A stretch of 64,000 nucleotides of DNA from Candidatus Poribacteria bacterium (GTDB lineage: Bacteria; Poribacteria; WGA-4E; WGA-3G). The notes under the pieces were generated by a model that ran no database searches, had not been told where the DNA came from, and saw only the letters and a program-made list of their open reading frames with translations. Location of the stretch: positions 838 through 64,837 of the forward strand of contig JAJDWI010000086.1 in assembly GCA_022825665.1 (NCBI GenBank). Reading direction: 5' to 3'. The position numbers and the translations under genes are program-made. Positions 39,012 through 49,892 of the stretch are shown here, piece by piece. The stretch's first letter is position 1. Every line of letters begins with the position of its first letter.

Positions 39012-39073
39012 AATCTACGTAATCAGTGTAATCCGCGCTTCAGACAATTCCGTGACTTCTATGATTCAGATAA
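39012..39073 (+). repeat. Degenerate 9-bp micro-array with TTCAGA(C/T)AA
   Basis: AATCTACGT AATCAGTGT AATCCGCGC TTCAGACAA TTCCGTGAC TTCTATGA TTCAGATAA. Confidence 0.6.
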
Positions 39074-39116
39074 AAAATCGACAATTAATTGCCTTTGGTT
39101 TTCAAATAAAATCATA

Positions 39117-39146
39117 TTGACAGTGACCACACTTACAGGATATAAT
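39117..39146 (+). promoter_or_regulatory. sigma70 promoter
   Basis: TTGACA-18-TATAAT upstream of ATG 39179. Confidence 0.7.
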
Positions 39147-39178
39147 TTTATAGATTAAATTGAGAAAGTATACATAGA

Positions 39179-41488
39179 ATGCAGTTCACATACTATTTGC
39201 CTCTTTGGGCAATAATACTTGCAATCATCATTTCAATAGGCATTACTTTATATGGGTACACTAAAGCAGGTCAACCTATACCTCAGTTCCTCCGTTATTT
39301 ACTCATTACATTACGTTTTATAGCAATAGTAATTTTACTTAGTTGCTTATTAGCACCGGTTATACTCCAAAAAAAAGATGTTACGCCTCCAACACATCTA
39401 TCCATATTAGTGGATACATCACGAAGTATGCAATTGGAAGATAACTATCTTGGTAAGACAGATTCCTCAAGAATGAATCAAGTAAACCGATTGCTTTTTG
39501 ATGAATCAAGCCAATTCTTACAAAATGTGAATAGTGAACACAAAGTCCATCTATACCATTTTGATAATTCCTTACATGAAAGTACAAAAAGTGTAGCTAA
39601 TTTTGAACCAGATGGGTCACTCACAGATATTGCTGCTGCGATTAAGGAGACGGTGGAAGCATGGCGCGGACAACCTAACGCTGGTATAATTTTAATATCT
39701 GACGGCGCACATAATACATCTAACCTTTCAATTGATAACATTGCTGCTATGAATACACCTGTTTATGCAATAGGGGTCGGTTCGCCACTACCTCCAAAAG
39801 ATATACAGATTCAGAAAGTTGATGTGTTACCAATTGCCTATACAGGACATGAAACACTAATTCGTATCACAGTTGGTCAGACAGGATATGCAGATGAATC
39901 TATTAGATTATCACTGCGAGATACCAGTACTAATCGTCTTGTTGATGCGTCAATGGTGACTTTTCCTGAGGATAATAATGAGCAATCAATTACTATTGAT
40001 GAACAACGTTTACCGAAAGGCAGTCAACAGGTCATTGAACTAAAATTGACACCTCAGACAGAAGGTAATTTTCAATATCAGGTAGGGCTTCCTACATTAG
40101 AAGGTGAACTAACCGATAAAAACAATGAAAAGACGTTTACCATAAAAGTGGTGAAGGCGAAACTAAATGTCCTTTATTTTGAAGGAAGACCTCGTTGGGA
40201 ATATGCATTTCTCAAACGCACTTTAGAACGCGATCCAGATATTGATCCTACTTTTGCTATACAATCGAAGAAATCTGTCAGCGACTCAGTCCTATCTCGT
40301 TACAATGGGTTTTTCCCGCAAGACAGTGATACTACACCTACTCGGTTCCCTGAAACTCGTGAAGAACTCTACCAATATGATGTGTTGATATTAGGTGATA
40401 TATCTGCAGAACATCTTACAATTGCACAGCAGCAGTCGATTGTTGATTTTGTTGAGCAGCGCGGAAAGGCTGTGATTTTTTTACCATCACATAATGCTTT
40501 AGGGGTAGATGGATTTAGAAAGACGGAAATTTCCAAAATACTACCAATCCAGATACCCGCAAATGGATGTAGGGAACAAAAGGGAGAGTATGCACTTAAC
40601 CTAACACAAAACGGTATATTTCATCCGATTTTGCAACTTACTGATAAAATAGAACGTAACAACGAAATATGGCAAAACTTACCTGCACTTTCACATTCCT
40701 TTCGAAGATTCCAACTCAGAGCGGGAGCAACAACACTCATAAATAAGGACAATGGAGAACCTATTCTGATATTCCATCGAGTTGGTCTTGGAAAAAGTCT
40801 TTTCTTTGCAGCAGAGGGTATTTGGAATTGGGATTTTGGCGTAAATTCATATAAGGATGAAGTATATCAAACAGTGTATTCCCGTTTTTGGGCACAGACA
40901 CTAAGATGGATGGCACAACAGTCTGATGAAAATCAGATATATATCTCAACTGATGCCTCTACATATTCGCAAGGTGAAACTGCAAAGATTAACATTAGGA
41001 CATTTTCACTTACTATTGATCCACAAATTAACACTGAAATTCAATTATCCGTTACAACCCCAAGTGGAACACAATTTCCACTGAAAACACATACTGAAAC
41101 AAGTGGAACACAATTACGCAATGCAGGAAATTACACTACGCAATTGAAAGTTGAGGAAAAAGGAACCTATAATATTCGTGCAGTGGGTAAAGCTGGAAAT
41201 ATACCATTGGGTGAGGATGAAATTGATCTATTCGTACACCCTCAACTGATTGAATTAGAAGCACCTCAACTAAACGAACCGCTACTGAAAGAACTCGCTA
41301 CGAAGACTGGTGGTGTCTATTCTATAATTGATAATGCACACTCACTTCCTGATAAGATAAACATTGAACAGGACCCAATATTTGTGGATACTGAACGCGA
41401 TTTATGGGCACATCCCATAGTCCTTATAGCAATTGTTGGTTTGTTAGGTACTGAATGGTTTATACGAAAACGTGTAGGTTTGATTTAA
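39179..41488 (+). CDS. Membrane protein with vWA and class-I GATase-like domains
   Basis: Two N-terminal TMs, DTSRSM MIDAS, ISDG, EGRPRWEY.FL, YDVLILGD, C-terminal EWFIRKR TM. Confidence 0.85.
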   Translation: MQFTYYLPLWAIILAIIISIGITLYGYTKAGQPIPQFLRYLLITLRFIAIVILLSCLLAPVILQKKDVTPPTHLSILVDTSRSMQLEDNYLGKTDSSRMNQVNRLLFDESSQFLQNVNSEHKVHLYHFDNSLHESTKSVANFEPDGSLTDIAAAIKETVEAWRGQPNAGIILISDGAHNTSNLSIDNIAAMNTPVYAIGVGSPLPPKDIQIQKVDVLPIAYTGHETLIRITVGQTGYADESIRLSLRDTSTNRLVDASMVTFPEDNNEQSITIDEQRLPKGSQQVIELKLTPQTEGNFQYQVGLPTLEGELTDKNNEKTFTIKVVKAKLNVLYFEGRPRWEYAFLKRTLERDPDIDPTFAIQSKKSVSDSVLSRYNGFFPQDSDTTPTRFPETREELYQYDVLILGDISAEHLTIAQQQSIVDFVEQRGKAVIFLPSHNALGVDGFRKTEISKILPIQIPANGCREQKGEYALNLTQNGIFHPILQLTDKIERNNEIWQNLPALSHSFRRFQLRAGATTLINKDNGEPILIFHRVGLGKSLFFAAEGIWNWDFGVNSYKDEVYQTVYSRFWAQTLRWMAQQSDENQIYISTDASTYSQGETAKINIRTFSLTIDPQINTEIQLSVTTPSGTQFPLKTHTETSGTQLRNAGNYTTQLKVEEKGTYNIRAVGKAGNIPLGEDEIDLFVHPQLIELEAPQLNEPLLKELATKTGGVYSIIDNAHSLPDKINIEQDPIFVDTERDLWAHPIVLIAIVGLLGTEWFIRKRVGLI

Positions 41489-41609
41489 TGACTTTGTCAT
41501 ACATATTGTATTGATAGTTAATATTCCTTACCGTTTATTTGAAATTAAAGTGGCACAATTAACCTCGCTATAATATAATCAAGTAGATGTTGATCAAGGA
41601 CATTCAAAT

Positions 41610-42317
41610 ATGAAAAGAAGGGATAAAAACTGGAACTTCCAACATATCTATACAAGAAAATGGCTTCTACTTCTAATCTTCTTCTTGTTTTTCTGCATTC
41701 TTATTAGTACACAACAGGCTGGAGAACAATTTACAATTGCACAAGTTCAGTATGGTGGTGGAGGAGATTGGTATGGCGATCCATCTGCAATAGGAAATTG
41801 GCTCCGTCTGCTCAGGGAACGGACTGAAATTGAAACTGCTGATGACCGTGTGATTCTCAAATTAACTGATCATGAATTATATCAGTATCCTATGTTATAT
41901 CTGGTGGGACACGGAAATATCCGTCTAACTGAGGATGAAGTTACTTCGCTACGACAATATCTTACAAAGGGTGGATTCCTTTTTGTAAACGATGACTACG
42001 GATTAGACAAGAGTTTCCGAAGAGAGATAAGTAGGGTTTTTCCAAAGCAGGAATTGCAACCGATACCAAATTCGCACCCGATATATCACTGTTTTTACGA
42101 TTTACCCGGTTTACCGAAAATCCATGAACACGATTCAGAACCAGCTCAAGGATTTGGTATTTTTCACGATGGAAGAATGGTAGTCTTTTACGCTTACAGT
42201 GCTGACATTGGAGACGGGTTGGAAGACCCAAGAGTCCATCCAGACGACACACCAGAAATCCGAGAACTTGCATCAAAAATGGCGGTAAACATTGCTGTCT
42301 ATGTTCTGTCTCATTAA
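41610..42317 (+). CDS. DUF4159 domain protein
   Basis: YGGGGDWY, YP.LY..GHG, LR.YL..GGFL...D.YG, LPKIHEHD, DIGDG.ED. Confidence 0.9.
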   Translation: MKRRDKNWNFQHIYTRKWLLLLIFFLFFCILISTQQAGEQFTIAQVQYGGGGDWYGDPSAIGNWLRLLRERTEIETADDRVILKLTDHELYQYPMLYLVGHGNIRLTEDEVTSLRQYLTKGGFLFVNDDYGLDKSFRREISRVFPKQELQPIPNSHPIYHCFYDLPGLPKIHEHDSEPAQGFGIFHDGRMVVFYAYSADIGDGLEDPRVHPDDTPEIRELASKMAVNIAVYVLSH

Positions 42318-42391
42318 GTAAAATCGGAGTATATCTATATACTCGTACTTGTGGTATACAGTCTCCATATAACTGAATACGAGGAAATAAA

Positions 42392-45300
42392 ATGTCAAAT
42401 CAAAACACCAATCAGATTTACCAATCTATCATCAACAAACTCAATAGAGTCCGAAGTACTTGGCGATGGCTTATTCTATCTGAGAATCTCTTAAAATGGG
42501 TTGCTGTACTCTCAATCGTCATGACTGTTGTTCTCCTCTGTTTTCAGTTGGCATTACCCCTAATATTCCGAGGTGCTATCGTCGTTTTCTCATTAGGAAT
42601 TGCACTATATTTCACTATTCGTATTTTGATCCGTCCACTGTTTCGTAAATTTACCTATACCTCAGTAGCAGCCTATCTCGAAAAAGCATATCCGAATATA
42701 GAAAATAGGATACTAAGTGCAGTCCAACTGAAAAATACACTTGATAACAACAGGTTAGGGTATGCACAAGAATTTGTTGAGCAGTTGATAAATCAAACAC
42801 AAGATGATATAGATAAGATTGAGTTAAAGAAGATTTTTCACAGAGAAGTTCATGGAATAAAACAGTACGCTGGTGTTGCTGTTATATCTTTGTGTGTTTT
42901 GTTACTGACTACATTCCTATTACCATCTGCATTGAAGGGATTCACACAAACATTTGAGACACTACCTAAGACAACAATGGAGGGATTTACTGCACACATA
43001 GATCAAGTTTCTCCTGGGAACATTCAAATAAAACGTGGAGAAGATGTAACCATTAGTGCAAAGGTTAGTGGTCATCTGGATGCGTCTGTTTATGTCTATT
43101 ACAGATTGGCACAAACTGACGAGAAAGAAAATGATCAGACTAATGGAAAGGTATTAACTGATACAGATAATAACATAAATGATGTAAAGAATCCATTACC
43201 GCATACACAGGAAGGAGAAACGTGGCAATCTTTACTAATGAATCGTGAACCCACAGATGTCCCATTTACCGCAACGATAAAAAATATTGATCGTTCAATA
43301 TACTACTATGTTTCAACAAAAGACATTGCGTCAGAACGATTTCAAATTGCTGTAAGTCATGAACCTATCATTCAATCCTTCCAACTACAGCTCAACTTTC
43401 CCGCATACACACAACTTCCATCGAAAACCCTTGAAGCAAACACAGGTAATACAGAAGTGCTTTATGGTACAGAGATAATTATCACTGGAGAAAGTAATAA
43501 GCCACTGACAGAATCAAATATTATATTTAATGAATCTGATCCTGTTCCATTACAAATCGTATCTGAAACTGGAATCAAAGGTAGTTTTATCGCACAAGAA
43601 GCGGACACATACCACATACAAATACAAGACAAAGAAGGTCTGACAAATACTGACTCACTTGTTTATACACTCAACGTTTATAAGGATAATATCCCTCAAG
43701 TGGAGATTGTTGAACCGGGTAAAGACCTTGATTTAGATAATGATATGCTTATCAAACTCAAGGTTGAAGCAACTGATGATTATGGACTCCAGACATTACA
43801 ATTGGTGCATCGAATTCAGAAAGAAAACGCTGACGATGTATTTGTTACACTCAAGCAAATATCTTCAACCACATCACCACCACAAACATCGCAGTTCCTA
43901 TCATATACTTGGGATATTGATCCGATTGGTCTTTTTCCCGGTGAGATACTTTCTTATTATGTACAAGCACTTGATATAGATGATGTATCAGGTCCTAACA
44001 TTGGCAAATCGCGCACATATACACTCCGTTTTCCAACGCTTGATGAATTATATAAAGAACTTGCAACTGAGCAGGAAACTGAACAGTATAGTCTTGATGA
44101 ATTATTTGACGAACAGTCTGAAGCAACAGGTATGGTAGAAGAACTTCTTGACAAAATTCGGAAATTTAATGAGTTCTCTTTAACCGATAAAAAACTATTA
44201 CAACAAGTAGTTGAAACCCAAGAACAGATAGAAAAGAAAGCGAATGAACTCATTACAGACATGCAACAGACTACTACAGATATAGAGAAAAACCAACTCT
44301 TTGAACCAGAAACCATACAAAAATACCAAGAACTTCAAGAATTGATGAAGGAAGCACTGTCAGAAGAACATCAGGAACTTCTGAAAAAATTGAGCGAGGC
44401 ATTAGCTCAACAACAAATATCTGATCAAGAACAAGCAATGACTGAAGCCAATTTCAATCAAGAACTGTTTCAACAACAGCTTGAACGCATGAAATCGCTT
44501 TATCAACAAATGATAATGCAACAGAAACTTGAGGCAGCAGCCAAACAAGCACAAGCTCTCGCAGAACAGCAGAAAGAACTAATGGATTCCATAGACACAA
44601 AATCCGCACAGAATACAGATGACTCAACTTCCTCTGAAGCCGCTGAATCAGCAGACACTCAGCAATCTACAAATCAGGAACAAGATCAAACAGCAAAGAA
44701 TAATTTAGAAAAAGCAAAACTAAATGACTCGGCACAAAAAGAGGATAGGATTAGAGGAGAATCTGATAAACTTAGCGATAAATTAGACTCTCTTGGCAAT
44801 GAAATGTCTGAAATGGCAAAATCTCAAGAAAATACTGCTCCGCAAATACAGAAAATCGCTGATGAAGTCAAGAGACTCAACGAATTTACCAAAGATCAAA
44901 ACCTATCTGAAAATCTGCAAAATACAAGTGAAAGTCTACGAAAGGAACAGCAACAAAAAGCACTTCAAACAGGTAGAGAAGCAGAACAAACAATGACTGA
45001 ATTAGCACAAGGGTTGGATAATGCATTAGAATTTATGGAAGGTGCAAATTCTAATCAAGCGTTGGTTGCAATGCGAGAGGCAGTAAAGAGCAGTCTATAT
45101 TTTTCGCACCTTCATGAGAAAGCGATAAATCAAACAAGCGAACTTGTTACATCTAATACAATGGATTACATCCCAAGTGAAATACAACGGCTACAAAAGC
45201 TTGCGTCAGATGAACTAAGTGTTGCAAATGGGATCTCACATCTTGCTAATAAACTCTGGGAACTGGGAAAGCAACAGATGCAAATAGACCCTGAAATTGT

Positions 45301-46030
45301 GTGGCAATTGAATTCATCAAGTGATGCCTTAAACCGTGCTGCACGCGCGTTGGAAGATAGACAAACTAATCTTGCACTACCAATACAAAAGCAGGGATTG
45401 GCAGAACTCAATCAAGCAATCTCTGACATGCTCGACGCCATGGCACAAATGAATCAACAGATGGGTGCTGGTGGTTTGGAAGATATGCTACAACAACTTC
45501 AACAACTTGCGCAAAGTCAAGAACAATTGAATCAGATGGCACAAAACCTTAGTCAGCAAATGCGAGAACAAGGCAGAACTCCTGGACTTCAACAACGCCT
45601 CGATAGACTTGCAGCACAACAACAACTCATCCGTGAAGCAACAGAAAGACTTGCAGAATTAGCAGAAGAGGCAGCAGAAATGCTCGGAAGTCTAAAAAAT
45701 GTTGCTGAAGAAATGGCTGATGTTGAGAGAAAACTCGAACAAGGAACACTCAATGATCAAGTCATTGAACAACAAGAACGGATTGTAACACGAATGCTTG
45801 ATAGTCTAAAATCGCTGCAGAAACGTGATGTCGGTAGACAGAGAAAAGCACAGGTTGCCAAAAGACCCTCAGCATCACCCCAAGACATACCACCGTTACA
45901 TCCAGAACTATTAGAAATCGTTCGTAAATTTGAAACCACACCAAATGCTAAGGAATTGGAAAATATACCATTTCAATATCGTGAATTACTAAAGCAATAT
46001 TTTAAAGCACTATCACAAAAAACACAGTAA
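42392..46030 (+). CDS. Large membrane-anchored coiled-coil protein (DUF4175-like)
   Basis: N-terminal TMs, Ig-like region with ATDDYGL, Q-rich coiled coil, C-terminal P..YR.....YF..L. Confidence 0.8.
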   Translation: MSNQNTNQIYQSIINKLNRVRSTWRWLILSENLLKWVAVLSIVMTVVLLCFQLALPLIFRGAIVVFSLGIALYFTIRILIRPLFRKFTYTSVAAYLEKAYPNIENRILSAVQLKNTLDNNRLGYAQEFVEQLINQTQDDIDKIELKKIFHREVHGIKQYAGVAVISLCVLLLTTFLLPSALKGFTQTFETLPKTTMEGFTAHIDQVSPGNIQIKRGEDVTISAKVSGHLDASVYVYYRLAQTDEKENDQTNGKVLTDTDNNINDVKNPLPHTQEGETWQSLLMNREPTDVPFTATIKNIDRSIYYYVSTKDIASERFQIAVSHEPIIQSFQLQLNFPAYTQLPSKTLEANTGNTEVLYGTEIIITGESNKPLTESNIIFNESDPVPLQIVSETGIKGSFIAQEADTYHIQIQDKEGLTNTDSLVYTLNVYKDNIPQVEIVEPGKDLDLDNDMLIKLKVEATDDYGLQTLQLVHRIQKENADDVFVTLKQISSTTSPPQTSQFLSYTWDIDPIGLFPGEILSYYVQALDIDDVSGPNIGKSRTYTLRFPTLDELYKELATEQETEQYSLDELFDEQSEATGMVEELLDKIRKFNEFSLTDKKLLQQVVETQEQIEKKANELITDMQQTTTDIEKNQLFEPETIQKYQELQELMKEALSEEHQELLKKLSEALAQQQISDQEQAMTEANFNQELFQQQLERMKSLYQQMIMQQKLEAAAKQAQALAEQQKELMDSIDTKSAQNTDDSTSSEAAESADTQQSTNQEQDQTAKNNLEKAKLNDSAQKEDRIRGESDKLSDKLDSLGNEMSEMAKSQENTAPQIQKIADEVKRLNEFTKDQNLSENLQNTSESLRKEQQQKALQTGREAEQTMTELAQGLDNALEFMEGANSNQALVAMREAVKSSLYFSHLHEKAINQTSELVTSNTMDYIPSEIQRLQKLASDELSVANGISHLANKLWELGKQQMQIDPEIVWQLNSSSDALNRAARALEDRQTNLALPIQKQGLAELNQAISDMLDAMAQMNQQMGAGGLEDMLQQLQQLAQSQEQLNQMAQNLSQQMREQGRTPGLQQRLDRLAAQQQLIREATERLAELAEEAAEMLGSLKNVAEEMADVERKLEQGTLNDQVIEQQERIVTRMLDSLKSLQKRDVGRQRKAQVAKRPSASPQDIPPLHPELLEIVRKFETTPNAKELENIPFQYRELLKQYFKALSQKTQ

Positions 46031-46059
46031 TCAACTATCATCAACACATTTAGCATATT

Positions 46060-47730
46060 ATGTATTTTATCAATAAAACTCTCCTATGTTTATTTTTTAT
46101 AGTTCTTACTGTATCTTATTCCTTTGCTCTCACAGATGCAGAGATAGAGGGACTCATTGGTAGGATGTCTTTAGATGAAAAGATTGGACAGCTTTTTATT
46201 GTCGGTACTGGTGGAAGACAAGTAGGACCAGTACCCAAAGCACACATATCCAAACGTTATGTCGGTGGAATAATTCTGTATGAGAAAAATATAAGTGTTC
46301 CGGAACAAGTAGCAGCCCTAACAACTGAACTTCAACTACTTGCACAAAAAACACCAAAAGGTATTCCTTTATTTATTGCAATTGACCAAGAGGGAGGCAA
46401 AGTCTCAAGATTTCAGAGAGGGGCAACTATTTTTTCAGGAAACATGGCTTTAGGTGCAACACAATCAGAACCCTTAGCATTAAAAGCAGGAAAAATCACA
46501 GGTATAGAATTAAGTGTAATGGGAATAAACTTAAATCTTGCACCTGTCCTTGATGTCAATACTAATCCGAAAAATCCTGCCATCGGTATCCGATCTTACG
46601 GGGAATCTCCACAACTTGTCTCCCAACTTGGTGCAGCCTATATCCGCGGTTTACAAACACAAGATGTACTTGCTACAGCGAAACACTTTCCAGGACACGG
46701 AGATGCAAACGCAGACTCTTATAAAAAATTACCTTTGGTTACAAAAGATCAAAAGAGTTTAAACAAAGTTGAATTGCTACCATTTCGCAAAGCAATAGAT
46801 TCAGGTGTTGCAGCAATTATGACAGCACATATACTATATCCCGGTCTGGACAATCAGATGCCAGCAACACTTTCACATACGATTCTCACTAAACTTCTAC
46901 GAGAAGAACTTGGTTTTGAAGGTATAATCATTACCGATGATCTTGAGATGAAGGCTATTTCGGAAAAATACGAAATTGATAAGGCAGCTGTCATGGCAAT
47001 ACAAGCAGGTGCAGATATGCTACTGATTCCTTGGACATTGCAAAAGCAACAAACTGCATATAATGCAGTACGTCAAGCAGTAAGAACCCGAAGGATTACA
47101 ACGACAAGATTGGATAACTCACTTCGACGAATATTGAAAGCTAAAAATGCTTGCGGAGCGTTTGATAAAACGATAGCACATATTGAAAATCCACAGGCGA
47201 TCAATTCACCATTAGCAATTGTAGGAAGCAGGGAACACAGAGAAACTGCACAAACAATTTCAACACAAGCAGTATCAATCGTCAAAGAAACACCCGGTAT
47301 ATTACCTTTAGATGCAGAACCTAAGGAATCTGTTCTCATCCTCAGTCCTTCGCGTGACTTTTCAAATACTTTCTTAAAGGCACATACAGATCTTACACAT
47401 GTCACAGCACTTCTAATGCCTCCTTTAATTATCGCGCGTCAATATATACCACATATATTGTCATCCAAACCGAAAGTTATTGTTGCGGGTATCGCAAGTC
47501 TAAAGCATGCACAACTTGTACATCAGTTGAGTCGTAATACCGATGTTCCGATAATTGCTATTTCCGTTGCATCACCGTATCTACTGGGTGAATGTCCTAA
47601 TGTTGAATGTGCTATTGCAGCTTACGATAATAACTATTTTTCTCTACTCGCAGCAGTGGAAGTATTATTAGGTAAAAAACAAGCAACAGGTAAGTTACCT
47701 GTTACCATACCTTACCAATTGAAGAACTAA
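46060..47730 (+). CDS. nagZ: GH3 beta-N-acetylhexosaminidase-like protein (atypical DSY)
   Basis: IDQEGG, APVLDV, KHFPGHG, MTAH, TDDLEM. Signal peptide and C-terminal GKLPV domain. Confidence 0.88.
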   Translation: MYFINKTLLCLFFIVLTVSYSFALTDAEIEGLIGRMSLDEKIGQLFIVGTGGRQVGPVPKAHISKRYVGGIILYEKNISVPEQVAALTTELQLLAQKTPKGIPLFIAIDQEGGKVSRFQRGATIFSGNMALGATQSEPLALKAGKITGIELSVMGINLNLAPVLDVNTNPKNPAIGIRSYGESPQLVSQLGAAYIRGLQTQDVLATAKHFPGHGDANADSYKKLPLVTKDQKSLNKVELLPFRKAIDSGVAAIMTAHILYPGLDNQMPATLSHTILTKLLREELGFEGIIITDDLEMKAISEKYEIDKAAVMAIQAGADMLLIPWTLQKQQTAYNAVRQAVRTRRITTTRLDNSLRRILKAKNACGAFDKTIAHIENPQAINSPLAIVGSREHRETAQTISTQAVSIVKETPGILPLDAEPKESVLILSPSRDFSNTFLKAHTDLTHVTALLMPPLIIARQYIPHILSSKPKVIVAGIASLKHAQLVHQLSRNTDVPIIAISVASPYLLGECPNVECAIAAYDNNYFSLLAAVEVLLGKKQATGKLPVTIPYQLKN

Positions 47731-47770
47731 TATACCGATTTTTCTTTGTATATAAAATTGGATATATCTG

Positions 47771-49831
47771 ATGAAGATAAAAACTTTCTCTATTGTGTTG
47801 ACATTGTTTTTTCTATCAATATTCTTTCTATCAAATACCTTCGCACAGGACATCACACAATGGAGTTTGCCAGAGGGAGCAAAAGCCCGCCTCGGAAAAG
47901 GAATTGTAAACGAGATAGCATATTCACCGAATGGCAAGCATTTAGCAGTAGCATCAAGCATCGGTATCTGGCTCTATGATATGATAAAGTATCAGGAGTT
48001 AGCACTGCTTACCGAAAATAATTCAGGTCCTGTTAGTAGTGTTGCCTTCAGTCCAGATGGAAATACGATCATTAGTGGTAATGAAGATGGATCCGTCAGT
48101 GTATGGAATACGCACACATTCGAACACATCCAATCCTTTAATACTGCAGACTGGGTATTGAGTGTCGCATTTAGTCCAGATGGAAAGACTATCGCTGGAG
48201 GAGGAGGACATGTTGAAGGTTTAGGTTCAGGAATCCAATTGTTTGATATCAAAACTGGTGAACATCTCAAAGCATTCGGAGGACCCTATGCAACTTTAAG
48301 CGTATGTTTCAGTCCGGATGGAAAAACCCTCGCTAGTAGTGGAGATGAATGGGACAGCAACATCCGCTTGTGGGATGTTCAGAGTGGCGAACTGCTCAAA
48401 ACCCTCAAAAAACGTATAGCTTTTGAAAACACGTCTTTTCAAGATCGCATAGTCAACAGTGTAGTCTTCAACCCGGATGGAGATATTATCGCCAGCGGCA
48501 GTGGCAATGGAACCATCCGCCTATGGGATGCTAACACTGGTGAATTCATCAAATTTCTTGTAGGTCACACGAAATCTGTCAACAGCATAGCTTTCAGCCC
48601 GAACGGAAAGACGCTCATGAGTGCTGGCACGGACGGTGCCTGTTTATGGGATGTCAACACCAGTGAATACATTGAAGACGTTCCAATTCCTGCCGTCAAG
48701 GCAATTTTCAGTCCAGATGGAAATACATGCGTGATTGTAAATGAATCAGGTATATCTGTATGGAATGCTCATACCTTACAACACCTCAAGAGTCTTACGG
48801 AAAATGAAGGTTTAGAAGATAAATACAGTGGAAAAGACATAGGTTCAATCGGAAGTGTGGCTTTCAGTCCAGATGGTAACACGATAATTAGTTGTGGTGG
48901 AAACAACATCCACCTATGGGATTCTCACACAAACCAACTCCTCAACACGTTGATTGGACATTTGGGATCTGTCAACAGTGTAGTCTTTAGTCCGGATGGA
49001 AAAACAATTGCCAGTGCAAGTAACGACAGAACAATCCGCCTATGGAATGTCAACACACGTGAACACATCAAAACGCTGATGGGACATACGGATTCGGTAA
49101 GTTGTGTAGTTTTCAGATCGAATGGAGATATTATCGCCAGCGGGGGCAACGACAGAACTATCCGATTATGGAATGCCAATACTGGTGAACTTCTCAAAAC
49201 CCTTATAGGACATATAGAAAACGTCAACACCGTAGTTTTCAGTCCGGATGGGACCACAATCATCAGTGGTAGCGGTAGGTTGGTATATCACGGAAGAGGG
49301 GAGGATCAGGGCACATGTGAGGGGCAGGAAATCCGACTTTGGAATGTCAACACCGCTGAGCATTTAAGGACTCTAACAGCACATACATCCGTAGTTAATA
49401 GTGTAGTTTTCAGTCCAGACGGAAACACTATCGCAAGCGGCAGCGGACATTGGGCGGGTTATGAAAGCACCTACAGTGACGGTGAGGAAATCCGTTTATG
49501 GAATGCCAACACCGGTCAACTCATAAAAACTCTAACAGGACATAAAGATGTGGTCTCAAGTGTGGTATTCAGTCCCGATGGAAATCTTATCGTTAGTGGC
49601 GACTGGTATTCCTGGGATGGGTATCTCAGCAGCGGGACTTGGAGCGGAGAAATTCGTGTATGGAATGCACACACTGGTGAACATCTCAAAACACTCAAAG
49701 GACATACTGGTGGTGTCTCAAGTTTGGCATTCAGCTCAGATGGGAAAACACTTGCAAGTGGAAGGACAGATGGTACAGTACTTCTATGGGACTTCTCCTC
49801 GCAACCTGAAAAACCCAACCGTAGCGAATAA
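47771..49831 (+). CDS. Secreted WD40-repeat protein
   Basis: Signal peptide, LPEGAKARLGKG, and over ten GH...V.SV.FSPDG..IASG...IRLW repeats. Confidence 0.93.
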   Translation: MKIKTFSIVLTLFFLSIFFLSNTFAQDITQWSLPEGAKARLGKGIVNEIAYSPNGKHLAVASSIGIWLYDMIKYQELALLTENNSGPVSSVAFSPDGNTIISGNEDGSVSVWNTHTFEHIQSFNTADWVLSVAFSPDGKTIAGGGGHVEGLGSGIQLFDIKTGEHLKAFGGPYATLSVCFSPDGKTLASSGDEWDSNIRLWDVQSGELLKTLKKRIAFENTSFQDRIVNSVVFNPDGDIIASGSGNGTIRLWDANTGEFIKFLVGHTKSVNSIAFSPNGKTLMSAGTDGACLWDVNTSEYIEDVPIPAVKAIFSPDGNTCVIVNESGISVWNAHTLQHLKSLTENEGLEDKYSGKDIGSIGSVAFSPDGNTIISCGGNNIHLWDSHTNQLLNTLIGHLGSVNSVVFSPDGKTIASASNDRTIRLWNVNTREHIKTLMGHTDSVSCVVFRSNGDIIASGGNDRTIRLWNANTGELLKTLIGHIENVNTVVFSPDGTTIISGSGRLVYHGRGEDQGTCEGQEIRLWNVNTAEHLRTLTAHTSVVNSVVFSPDGNTIASGSGHWAGYESTYSDGEEIRLWNANTGQLIKTLTGHKDVVSSVVFSPDGNLIVSGDWYSWDGYLSSGTWSGEIRVWNAHTGEHLKTLKGHTGGVSSLAFSSDGKTLASGRTDGTVLLWDFSSQPEKPNRSE

Positions 49832-49892
49832 GGTTGACGGTATGAATAAGATGAAGATAAGAAACACATAACCGACTTGACAGGAGACAGCA

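Noticed and set aside
47900-49800. DNA repeats as a mobile or regulatory array
   Set aside because: Fully explained by WD40 protein repeats.
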